Shown in pieces: positions 41,453-52,081 of a stretch of DNA of 64,000 bases; positions within the stretch are counted from its first letter, which is position 1, and each line of letters begins with the position of its first letter. The stretch is from Zygnema circumcarinatum SAG 698-1b. Its lineage: Eukaryota; Plantae; Zygnematophyceae. The position numbers were made by a program, and so were the translations under genes. The stretch covers positions 3,009,361 to 3,073,360 of the forward strand of contig CM074805.1 in assembly GCA_037447605.1 (NCBI GenBank), read 5' to 3'. The notes beneath the pieces are model-generated. The model did not search any database. It worked only from the letters and a program-made list of their open reading frames with translations, and was not told where the DNA came from.

Positions 41453-41809
41453 GTTGGGTGAACGCGGCGATACCGTACAAGGCGCCGCCGGCGGCTTGTG
41501 GGGCGCGGATCGCGGGGGCGCGCTGATGACGCGTGTGGGATGTACGGCACGAGGATGGTGATGTCAGCAGAGAGGCGAGCCGCGGGCGGCCAGTCACTGA
41601 CGTGACAATGATTGCGAAGCGCCGTGATGTCAACGCCGACGCCGTGGCTGCACAGCTCATGCCATGCGGCGCATCGATGACGACAAAGAACACCGTACGG
41701 CACCGGAAGGTTGTCAAGACTTACGAGGCCGTCGGGCGAGTCGAGGCGCCCGCCGCCCGTACGTGCCGGCGGCCCGGGGTCAGCGCTCTCGAGCCAGCCA
41801 AAGTTGGGA

Positions 41810-41945
41810 GGGAGAGAGCGAGAGCGAGAGAGAAAGAGAGCGAGGAGAGAGAGAGAGAGTGAAAGAGGGAGAGAGAGAGACGAGGCAGATTGAGAGAAGT
41901 GAGAGAGAACGCACGGCGAGCGCAGAGTGAGAGAAAGAGAAAGCG
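41810..41945. repeat. GA-rich microsatellite upstream of the SemiSWEET-like gene
   Basis: (GA)n-rich run directly visible. Confidence 0.85.
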
Positions 41946-42031
41946 GGGCGAGGCGAGGCGCGCACGCGAGAGATCCCATCCGAAGTTTGAGACGAAATCG
42001 AAGAGGCGCGGGAGGATCACGGAGGGCCGCC

Positions 42032-42619
42032 ATGGCTGCCGGCCACATGTGGCACGCGATGGACACGGTCGGCCTGGCGGGGGGGGGGCTCGTCGCGCTC
42101 TCCCTCGCGCCGCAAGTGTGGAAGTCCTTCCGGACGCTCTCCACCGCCGACATCAGCTTCCACTGGTCGCGCCCCCCCCCCTCCTCCCTCTCCATCTTCA
42201 ACCCAAAATACGCGATGACATCTTTCTGAAAAGCAGCGCCCGCCTTTCTGCCGACCTAAAAACTGGCGCCCTTACCCTCTCCCCTTTGCATGCACTCGCG
42301 CAGGCTGGGCGTGTACGGCGCAGGCATCGTCATTCTGAACGTGTACGCGGCGTTCTATCAGCTGTGGGCGATCTTTGTGCCGCAGACGATAGAGCTGGTC
42401 TTCATCTTCGTCCTGGCGGGCCTGAAAGTGTACGTGGAGGTGCTGGGCGCGCGGGGAGGGGGCGGCGCCGAGAGCAAGGAGGGCGAAGAAGTGGCGGCGG
42501 GGGATGCGCTCCCCGCCTGCTGCTGCATTTGTATTGGAGCTCTTGAGGACGGAAAAGTGACGGAGTTGAAGTTGAGAGAGGGTGAACCAAAGAGTGGGTC
42601 GGGCAGTGTAGAGAGGTAG
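42032..42619 (+). CDS. SemiSWEET-like single PQ-loop (3-TM) transporter; exons 42032-42165 and 42304-42619
   Basis: Spliced protein MAAGHMWHAMDTVGLAGGGLVALSLAPQVWKSFRTLSTADISFHWLGVYGAGIVILNVYAAFYQLWAIFVPQTIELVFIFVLAGLKVYVE... has a PQ motif, a K..T..DIS motif and three hydrophobic helices. Start context gccATGG; GT-AG intron in phase 2. Confidence 0.85.
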
Positions 42620-45600
42620 TGTGTGGGGTTTATGTTTATTTGCGTAGGTTTAAAGAGGAGCGTGATCGAGAGAGGTTCAGTGAGGGCAGAAGCATGCCTG
42701 CCTGCATGTATGCATGCCTCCATGCATCATGCATGTATGCATGCATGCACGTGGCGCCATTGAGCTCCTATGAAGTTAATTAGACGGACCACAAAAGGGC
42801 CCGCCTGCCAGCGCACGATGCGCTCCCCTCCCCTCTTCGGGAACTCGTGGTTTCGGTCCCTGGAAATCTTTATCTAGTGGCTCTAATTTAGACATTTCCA
42901 TTTTTCAAACACAATTTTGTTAGGAGACTGATATTCTCACACCCTTTTTGGCTCGTTACAGACCATTTTTCGCTGGGCAGATTTTATTTTAGAAAAAAAT
43001 GAGTTAAAAACGGAAAATGCCTTTTTTCACACCTTTTTGTCTAGGTATACACCTTTTGTCGCCGGCCATATTTTATTTTAGAAAAAAAAGGGTTAAAACC
43101 CCTAAAAACCCATCTTATTTTGAGTGCGTCAATACCACCCGCACCCCCCCCCCCCCTTGTAAGCAGTTCGCGCAACGCAACAGGAGGTGGAGTTCGCTAC
43201 GCGACAAGAGGTGATCGGAGATCTGCAAGCATTGCCGAAGGGGGAAAATGGCATTGAACTGCCAAAAAAAAAAAATGAAATGAAATGACATGCGAAAAAA
43301 AAAAAAAAATGAAATGAAATGAAATGGCATTGCAAAAGGCATTAGATCTCTGGGAGAGAGTAGCCATTGCTGCGGATCATGAAAGCCATTATTGCCAGCA
43401 GCAACATGCGCAACACCGACTAAGTGTAAATTGTTAGAACTTTCCCTAGAGCTGTCCAGCAAGGCTCCGCATGAGCTCACCATTCATGCTGTTCAAGTTT
43501 TTGTTGGAAGGAGAACATTGTATAAGATGCTGGAGGAGTGCAGCCCTCACTGACCTCTCCTGACACGTTGCGCGAACTGCTTACAAGGGGGGGGGGGGGG
43601 GGGGGGGGGGGNNNNNNNNNNATCTTCAACCCAAAATACGCGATGACATCTTTCTGAAAAGCAGCGCCCGCCTTTCTGCCGACCTAAAAACTGGCGCCCT
43701 TACCCTCTCCCCTTTGCATGCACTCGCGCAGGCTGGGCGTGTACGGCGCAGGCATCGTCATTCTGAACGTGTACGCGGCGTTCTATCAGCTGTGGGCGAT
43801 CTTTGTGCCGCAGACGATAGAGCTGGTCTTCATCTTCGTCCTGGCGGGCCTGAAAGTGTACGTGGAGGTGCTGGGCGCGCGGGGAGGGGGCGGCGCCGAG
43901 AGCAAGGAGGGCGAAGAAGTGGCGGCGGGGGATGCGCTCCCCGCCTGCTGCTGCATTTGTATTGGAGCTCTTGAGGACGGAAAAGTGACGGAGTTGAAGT
44001 TGAGAGAGGGTGAACCAAAGAGTGGGTCGGGCAGTGTAGAGAGGTAGTGTGTGGGGTTTATGTTTATTTGCGTAGGTTTAAAGAGGAGCGTGATCGAGAG
44101 AGGTTCAGTGAGGGCAGAAGCATGCCTGCCTGCATGTATGCATGCCTCCATGCATCATGCATGTATGCATGCATGCACGTGGCGCCATTGAGCTCCTATG
44201 AAGTTAATTAGACGGACCACAAAAGGGCCCGCCTGCCAGCGCACGATGCGCTCCCCTCCCCTCTTCGGGAACTCGTGGTTTCGGTCCCTGGAAATCTTTA
44301 TCTAGTGGCTCTAATTTAGACATTTCCATTTTTCAAACACAATTTTGTTAGGAGACTGATATTCTCACACCCTTTTTGGCTCGTTACAGACCATTTTTCG
44401 CTGGGCAGATTTTATTTTAGAAAAAAATGAGTTAAAAACGGAAAATGCCTTTTTTCACACCTTTTTGTCTAGGTATACACCTTTTGTCGCCGGCCATATT
44501 TTATTTTAGAAAAAAAAGGGTTAAAACCCCTAAAAACCCATCTTATTTTGAGTGCGTCAATACCACCCGCACCCCCCCCCCCCCTTGTAAGCAGTTCGCG
44601 CAACGCAACAGGAGGTGGAGTTCGCTACGCGACAAGAGGTGATCGGAGATCTGCAAGCATTGCCGAAGGGGGAAAATGGCATTGAACTGCCAAAAAAAAA
44701 AAATGAAATGAAATGACATGCGAAAAAAAAAAAAAAATGAAATGAAATGAAATGGCATTGCAAAAGGCATTAGATCTCTGGGAGAGAGTAGCCATTGCTG
44801 CGGATCATGAAAGCCATTATTGCCAGCAGCAACATGCGCAACACCGACTAAGTGTAAATTGTTAGAACTTTCCCTAGAGCTGTCCAGCAAGGCTCCGCAT
44901 GAGCTCACCATTCATGCTGTTCAAGTTTTTGTTGGAAGGAGAACATTGTATAAGATGCTGGAGGAGTGCAGCCCTCACTGACCTCTCCTGACACGTTGCG
45001 CGAACTGCTTACAAGGGGGGGGGGGGGGGGGGGGGGGGGNNNNNNNNNNGGGGGGGGCAGACGCACTCAAAATAAAATGAGTTTTTAACCCATTTTTTCC
45101 TAAAATAAAATCTGCCCGGCGACAAAAGGTGTGTATCTAGACAAAAAAGGTGTGAAAATGCATTTTTCGTTTTTAGCCCCTTTTTTTCTAAAATAAAATC
45201 TGCCCAGCGAAGAAAGGTCTGTAACGAGCCAAAAAGGGTGTGAAAATATCTGTCTCCTAAAAAAATTGTGTTTAAAAAATAGAAATGTCTAAATTAGAGC
45301 CACTAGTTAAAGTTTTCCAGGGACCGAAACCACGAGTGCCCGCAGAGGGGAGGGGAGCGCATCGTGCGCTGACGGGCGGGCCCTTTTGTGGTCCGTCTAA
45401 TTGACTTCATCGGAGCTCAATGGCGCCACTTGTGCTCCTCCGCATGCATGATGCATGGAGGCATGCATGCAGGCAGGCATGCATGGAGGCATGCCTCTGC
45501 CCTCTGCCCTCACTGAACCACTCTCGATCACGCTCCTCTTTAAACCTAAGCAAATAAACATAAACCCTTAACCCTACCTCACTACGCTCCCCGACCCACT

Positions 45601-45742
45601 CTTTGGTTCACCCTCTCTCAGCCTCATTTCCGTCACTTTTCCGTTTTTAAGCCTTTTTAAAATCTGCCCGGCCGGGAAGGGAAGTTTTGATCCAAAAAAG
45701 GGGTGGAGATAACACTACCCCTCTAAAAAGCCAAAATTGCCC
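42550..45742. mobile_element. Foldback/MULE-like long inverted-repeat element
   Basis: Arm 42550-43177 (repeated at 43978-44605) is the diverged reverse complement of about 44994-45643. The inner 21-bp portion ttgtaagcagttcgcgcaacg is perfect and abuts poly-C/poly-G tracts. The right arm extends about 100 bp further, to ...aaattgccc at 45742. Confidence 0.65.
43622..45039 (+). repeat. 1428-bp-offset tandem copy of 42194-43611 (second, 5'-less SemiSWEET exon 2); probable assembly duplication
   Basis: Apparently identical sequence, bounded on both sides by 10-N gaps next to poly-G. Confidence 0.8.
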
Positions 45743-46004
45743 ATTTGGTCTGAGCAGTCAGAACGGAGGCTGCTCGTCCGTACATTTGCCGCCCGGAAAG
45801 TATCGTTTTGTCGCTTGCACCCTACCAGCTTGTCCTTATCGGACAACACGACAAAGAAGAATATGCCGTACGGCGCTCCCAGTCAACAAAATATACGAAC
45901 ACGTGTCTGTCTAACCGTCTGGCAATGACCACTGTACGGAGCCCCCTACGGAATAATTCTATGATCGGATTCGCAGTGATTTGCTTCTCCTTACATCCTT
46001 TTGT

Positions 46005-48515
46005 ACTCAACTACGCAAACTTTCATTGAACTCGCGATGGCGAGGCCATCAAATTTACATGGATAAAGGCAAAATGTGGAACCACGAAGGACTGGTCACA
46101 AAGGACCGAAACACAATAAAACGAAGCTAGGAGCGGAAAACTACGCCTAGGCACAACAACGCAGCCCTAGAAGCAGCCGCGAAGGTCACCGATGTGAGGC
46201 ACGTCGCGAGGNNNNNNNNNNGCTTGCGTACGTGCAAGCGGACCCTCCGGTCGATCGAAAATACCAGGACCCAAAAGGCGATGACATACAGAAAACAAAC
46301 GCTCATCGAAAGATTGCAATGACTCAAGGAAAGCAGGGTTAGGAGGGAGAGTTCGCAAAAGGTATGACGGACGCAAAGCAAAACAACGAGTAAGCAAAGA
46401 AAAAGCCACCTGAGGATCTGAAAGATGTGGAAGCTCATCGACCTGAGACGTATCCTCAACCAAAGCATCATCAACAAAACGATCAACATAAGATGCAATC
46501 ACCGAAAAGGGCAGCCTAAAACACCTAATACCAATTCCATCAAAGACAAGTCCGATACCACAAGGGAGCGAAAGGGTAGAAGGGATACCAACCGGAGACC
46601 AAGCAAAACACTTCGACAAATTTACCGTCAAACGCATAGCGGCCAATCGAGTAGTAAAATCAGTAAACGCGGCAACGACCTGGTCAGCAGGGCCAATGAT
46701 ATGAGTATCGCCGCCACCGATGGAAAAAGGCGTACTGAAAGCCTCGTACCGGCTCGGTTAAAGACGTATCGTGCTTCGTGCTTAACAAAGGACCTCCTAA
46801 AGGGTCGCCTTTGAGTGGTCCCGCCTAGACGTCGCCACTCCACCAGACGCATCGCCAAGAGGAAAAAGGAGCGGGCTCGAACGAGAATAAAATGTGCGCA
46901 CAAAAGGAAAAGGGACGCAATCGGTGCAGGGGCCTCTCGTAACTCGCGAAAAATCTCATGACGATCCACCGTATTAAAAGCGTTTGTCACATCAACCTCG
47001 CAAAACAACCCAATCGTGGTGAAGATCCAACGCCGCATCTAATGCCATGAACTACGGCTTCGCAGCTCTGTGGGTCGCCACACCAAACTGGTAAGGGGAA
47101 AAATGATCCCGAAGGCCCTCAGAATCGAAAAACACATAGCGAGCAACCATGCGATACAAAACCTCCCCTACGGCTATGGGGCGAACTCCCCCTGCGGGCT
47201 TGGCAAGGGCAACCAAACGAGCTGACGTAAGAATATGACTCACAGACGAGGGAACACGACCCTGCGATATTACACAAGCAAGCTGAAAAAGCAAACCAAA
47301 CCCACTATCCCCGGTGTCTGGAGAAAACACATCACGAAGCAACTCATAAACCATGCCCGAAGGCCCCCCTGCAGACAAATGAGGGGAGCGAGTAAGCGCC
47401 CGAATGAAAGCGGCACGATCAAGCACAAACGAAGTCGACAGGCCTGAAAAGTGCGTCGGCGAAGGACATCCGGCAGCTTATCCGGATGGAGAGTCCGGCG
47501 CATCCAAAGTGTCGCTTGTTGGGTCGGGCTGGGCGTAGTCGGCGAGCGCGTGAAAGCAGCGCGAGACAACTCCCCGCATCGGCCTAACTGAACTGCCCGA
47601 CGATGTCGAGCGGAGGCGTTCGAAAGGGAGGGCGGGCGAGTGGCGGCGGACGCCGACAAGGCACGAATGCAATCAGCGTGCTCGGCCTGCAAAAGCTCCC
47701 AATCCCCACCCAAAAAACGAAGACATCGCCGACGGGTCTCGCGAACGGCGCTGGCCCCACCACGAGGGGGCAAAATTAAAACCCAAAGGGGGAAAAGAAG
47801 AAGGACATGCCAAGCAGCAACATCTGATGGATCACACGCAAGACGAGCAAGAGGCAAACGAAAAGCATCACGAACACAAACACGCAAAGCCCGTGGGATA
47901 CGAGCTTAAAGACGTGGACGACGGGACCCAACAAAAAACGACCCAAGGACATCTAAAGACCGAGCATACGCCCAAGCAGCCGGACTAGGCCCAACATGCA
48001 AAGTAGACCCAGGGGTGGCAGTGACGGGTAGAGAAGAAGAGGGAGTAGAAGAAGGGTCGACAATGGGAGGAGGACGAAGAGGACACGCGCGCATATGCCG
48101 GGACAAACCCGCACCCTGACCAAAACAATTTCCACAATGATCACAAGGAACCCGGGGGAGAGGCCTGGGGCGAGCAGCGGGAGGGGAAGAAGGAAGAGGG
48201 GAAGAACGGACAGGAGGGGGAAGAGCAACAGCAGATGACAAGGCAAGGGGGTGGGAAGGGGAAGGGGAACGAGAGGAGCGACGAAGAGGCATGACGAAGG
48301 AGAAGGGNNNNNNNNNNACAAAAAACGAAAAGAAGCACAAACAACAAAAACAGAGCAATGCAGCAAGACACGCGACAGGAAAACGCAAAGACAACGACAA
48401 GAGGCTGCCACGTGGCCGCGGCAGAGGCAGCGGCAGCAGGCGCAACGGTCGGAAGCGCCGTTCGCGGGGCGGGGTTAACCAGGCTAGGTTTGAGCACCAG
48501 GCTAGGGCTGAGGCT
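46005..48515 (-). mobile_element. Degenerate CRE-clade non-LTR retrotransposon
   Basis: C2H2 finger CDHCGNCFGQGAGLSRHMRAC. RT-region motifs RRAVQLGRCGELSRAA, SAGGPSG, LVALAKPAGGVRPIAVGEVLYRMVAR, QFGV, DVTNAFNTVDR, frameshifted QGDPLGG and xADDTHIIGP, LTVNLSKC, QVAFSLLTRC. Multiple frameshifts and two N gaps. The endonuclease domain is not visible and may lie in the gap. Confidence 0.9.
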
Positions 48516-48682
48516 ATGTTCAACCCCATAGCCCAACCACTTCACGAGGTATTCGTGACGAGAAGAGCGACCCTTTCTCACAATACGGTGGGCTTGAATG
48601 GTTTCAACTTCATACTCAAGTTCACCTTCAAGTTCCACTGGTGGGGGAGGTGGTTGGATCCTCCCATCGCTACGGTAGACCT
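48516..48682 (-). mobile_element. Ty3/gypsy chromovirus integrase-tail/chromodomain fragment
   Basis: KVYRSDGRIQPPPPPVELEGELEYEVETIQAHRIVRKGRSSRHEYLVKWLGYGVEH, truncated before the usual TWEP motif. Confidence 0.85.
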
Positions 48683-48972
48683 TTACATCCTTTTGTGCTT
48701 TGCCACTTCAAGTTGGATCATTTGAGAATATTAGAATATTATTCTAGAGTCAGATTTCGCCCGGAGCGTACTAAATTCCCGAATTTAGTACACTATAAGT
48801 CAAAGTTTCGTGTACGAATTCCGGGTCGGGATCCGCGGCTCCGCCGAACACAGCCGTACCGAAATGCGTACCTGGGCCAATGCTTAATTCGCCCGACAGG
48901 CTTACTAAATTAATTTGGCCATGTGTTAAGTTTGACCCCCCCTATTTGTTGTTCCTGGAATTGGGAGGGGAA

Positions 48973-49063
48973 GTGGCATTGATCTCACGATGGCGATGAT
49001 GCCATCACATGTACATGCACAACATCATCATGGGGAACCACGAGGAAATGGTCGCAAATGACC
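48973..49063 (-). mobile_element. Diverged copy of CRE-type 3'-terminal motif
   Basis: Closely similar to 7620-7707, with a 3-nt expansion in the gatggc/gccatc hairpin loop. Confidence 0.75.
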
Positions 49064-49566
49064 TACGCTTAAAAGAAAAAAGCTAAGTGCGGAAAACGGA
49101 AATGTGCTGAGAAGAGAGACAAAGAGAGAACGAATCCAAGTGCACTCCAAGCCCTTCATCGCCGGAGGCCCTACCATCATGCATGCCTCGTATCCAACAT
49201 CGTCACACATCACACGATCTACAACCCGACTTTTCCCCCCCCCCTTTATTTTTGTATTTCAAAGTACAACCTTGCCATATTCTATTCACTCTGCCACCCA
49301 TACCGCCCTCCATCTCTACAGCGTACTTATCACCACCGTCTACGCCCTACAAAGGCCTCCCCTCCCCCCCCCGCAGCCATGTACAGTGCCCCCTCAACCT
49401 GCCGCCCTCATCCCTCGCTTCTTCTGAGCATCGCCTCTGTAGGCGGAGCGGCCCCTCCGCACGTGCCGCGTCGCCAATGGCGCCTCCCTCCCGGCGCGGC
49501 TCTCTCGCCTTCCGCCCCCGCCTCGACCCCTTCTCCCTCCGCCCCTCCGCGCTGACCTCGCCAGCC

Positions 49567-50055
49567 ATGGCGCCCTGCGGGACGGTCGCGATGGTGCTGG
49601 CGCTCGCTCTTTCCCTCTCCCTCTTCCGCGTTCATCTCCAGCAACGATGGACGGCCATGGCCATGGCGTCGCCTAGGGCTTCCATGGTGGCTGAGGCCCT
49701 CCACATGGACGGGCCTGTGTCCTTTCTCGCCTCCAAATCGCCGTGGCTTGAGTGCCACGTGGCGGGATTTCACGTCGCCAGCGAGGGTCTCTACTTCCCC
49801 AGTGGCGGGTGCGCACTCCTCCTCCTCCGCAGCGCCCAAGCTCCGTCCATGGCGGTGCCAGCCATGGCCATGACCTCCGTGGACCTTCAGCTGCTCGGCG
49901 TGGCAGCCATGGCGGAAGTTTTCCACGTGGCGGCCTCTCCGGCCGCCCCTGCAGTCCAGAGACGGAGAGGGCAGCGCGGCTGGGGCGGGCGACGTTGCTA
50001 TGGCGGACTCCATTGCGGGCTCCTGAACTGCAATGACGAATGTGCGAATTGTTAG
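49567..50055 (+). CDS. Candidate small protein with hydrophobic N-terminus and Cys-rich tail; strand ambiguous
   Basis: gccagccATGG context, MAPCGTVAMVLALALSLSLF leader, and C-terminus RCYGGLHCGLLNCNDECANC*. An in-register antisense His/Gly-rich ORF (50013-49408) is also open. Confidence 0.3.
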   Translation: MAPCGTVAMVLALALSLSLFRVHLQQRWTAMAMASPRASMVAEALHMDGPVSFLASKSPWLECHVAGFHVASEGLYFPSGGCALLLLRSAQAPSMAVPAMAMTSVDLQLLGVAAMAEVFHVAASPAAPAVQRRRGQRGWGGRRCYGGLHCGLLNCNDECANC

Positions 50056-50984
50056 CCTGTACCTTCCTCGAAGAATTCTCGAAGAAATGGCTACTCGATA
50101 TTGAGGAACGTTGAAGCATTCCGCCATTTTTTATACCCAGAGGTGGAAAGCAATAACGCGGTTTGGTAGTGCGTTACTTCCACGTCACGCTGAAACAAAT
50201 GATGAATAACGTGCACGGGAAGAAACGAACGGGGTTTTAGGGAAGAAATTCGCAAACACGTCTTTTTCCAGAGAATCTGCCCGACATTGTGTGCGCGACA
50301 CGCCACAGTGCCGTCCGAATGGCTGTCGCGAAATAACGCGTACACAAAGTCTTTGCTGGCATGCCACGTTTGAGCCACGTCACGCGCACGGACTGTGACG
50401 TACAGTGTACGTAAACAGCTCCATGTACATAAACACGTCACCATGACGTCACCATCGATCGCCCGCCCGCCCGCCCGCCCATGTCCCGTCGCGTTGCCCG
50501 ACCGTTGGCAATGGTTGGCAGACAACCCCTTTTGCAACCAATGGTTGGCCACCGTTGCCGACGTTATAAAAACCATAGAAAATCCAAATTCCAGCAGCCC
50601 GAACAGTCATAATGGCACGTGCAAGGGTTTCAGATTTTGACCGTTGGATATGCCACGTGTACCCACACAAACTACCGTACCATTTGTACGGATTTCGGTT
50701 ATTGACAGTTGGATTGACCCTTACGGCCCTCCTCCGCTTGTGGAGACTATTGAAACCCCTTAAGTGGCTCAAACCATTACTTACTGTAAGTGGGAAGAGA
50801 AAGGGGAAGGAAGGAGGAAAGAGGGTAGGAGGGGGAACGTGGCTTTGGGAAAGGACAAGAAGATATAAGAGGGCATCACGTCAATTTGCTAAATAATGGT
50901 TCAAGTACGTCGCCTCCTATCAATGCTATGCCCGAGATCGAGTCCTCCCGTCGGCAATCAAAACTATCGACTTTCTATATAACA

Positions 50985-51220
50985 CTTCCAACCATTGCAA
51001 TGATTGCCAACCATTGGATTCATCATTGGTTGCGTCCAATGGTTCCAACCATTGTCAGACCAAAACAACCATTACCATTGGCGCCAGACCAAAACAACCA
51101 TTGCCAATGGTCACAACCATCGGATGGCAATGGTTGAAAACCATTCGAGTGGTTGACCATTGGGTGTCCAACCATTGCCATCCGATGGTTGGCCAATGGG
51201 TGCCGATCCAATGGTCTGTC
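50985..51220. repeat. Dense array of CAACCATTG/CAATGGTTG motifs with a perfect 23-bp inverted repeat
   Basis: 51114-51136 caaccatcggatggcaatggttg is the reverse complement of 51169-51191. Related motifs occur at about 50500-50555 and 41155-41290. Confidence 0.85.
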
Positions 51221-52081
51221 TGAGCTGTGAAACATTCCCACTGCGCTGACGTTTTTCTTACGTCAGTTTTTCAATCAATACGCGACTCGTTACTTAGAGA
51301 GATGCTTTCGTCATGGAGTCAAGAAAGACGTGTGGGACGGGGCAGGACCTCGCCCCGCCAGCGCTGCGGCTAACCCTGAGGCCTTCCTTGAATCGCTCCA
51401 TGCACAAACTTAACAAATGTTTACTAAAGAGATGCTAAGAAAGCCCGCCCTCGCTCGGCGTTTTAAAGGCGGCCCCGTCAAGTTCCCCCAAGCCTCGCCT
51501 GCAGACCAGAGCCAATCGTCAGTTGGGAACTGTCCGTGACTCACGAGCAGGAGCTGAAACAGCATCTCAAGAAGTACCAAAGCTACTAGGGACGAGCCCG
51601 CAGGCCGCTCAGTTCAAACATGAAGTTGAGAGAAGATGGATTGCAAACACGATAGTTAATTCATCAAACCATACGTCCACCATTTTGGCAAAGTCTTTGG
51701 GGTACAGTCGTCATTCGTCTCTGTTTGTTTGACTGTTAGGCCATCATGGTGTGCTAATGGGTTGATTGTGTACATCGATCAGTGCTGAGTTTTGCGAGCT
51801 GAGCAGAACGGCCACCTTTCAGAAGGACAGGGAGAGCACTTGGCATCTTTACATGGTTAGGCTTGCTGATGGGTCCTCGAAGACAAATCAAGCATTTCAA
51901 ATTCACATGCAGATGAGAGGAGCAGGCACCAAAAGGCGTCAACACAGTTTTTGTATTTAGAAGCACCTGCGACTGTGAAATGGTAACTGTTGGGCCGGTT
52001 GTCCCATCTGACTGTTCCGACCACTGCAGTGACAAACGTATAGGAATCACGCACATGAGACATGACAAAGCTGCCACTTGC

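Noticed and set aside
41431-42201. 256-aa minus-strand ORF opposite the SemiSWEET promoter
   Set aside because: Largely translated GA/CT microsatellite and antisense of exon 1.
43622-45039. Second SemiSWEET-like copy as a true tandem paralogue
   Set aside because: Apparently identical, lacks exon 1, and is bounded by 10-N gaps at poly-G tracts, so it is most likely an assembly duplication. Read depth or long reads would settle it.
51300-51590. Exon-like stretch PEPIVSWELSVTHEQELKQHLKKYQSY*
   Set aside because: No linked upstream exons or recognisable homology; not supportable without transcripts.
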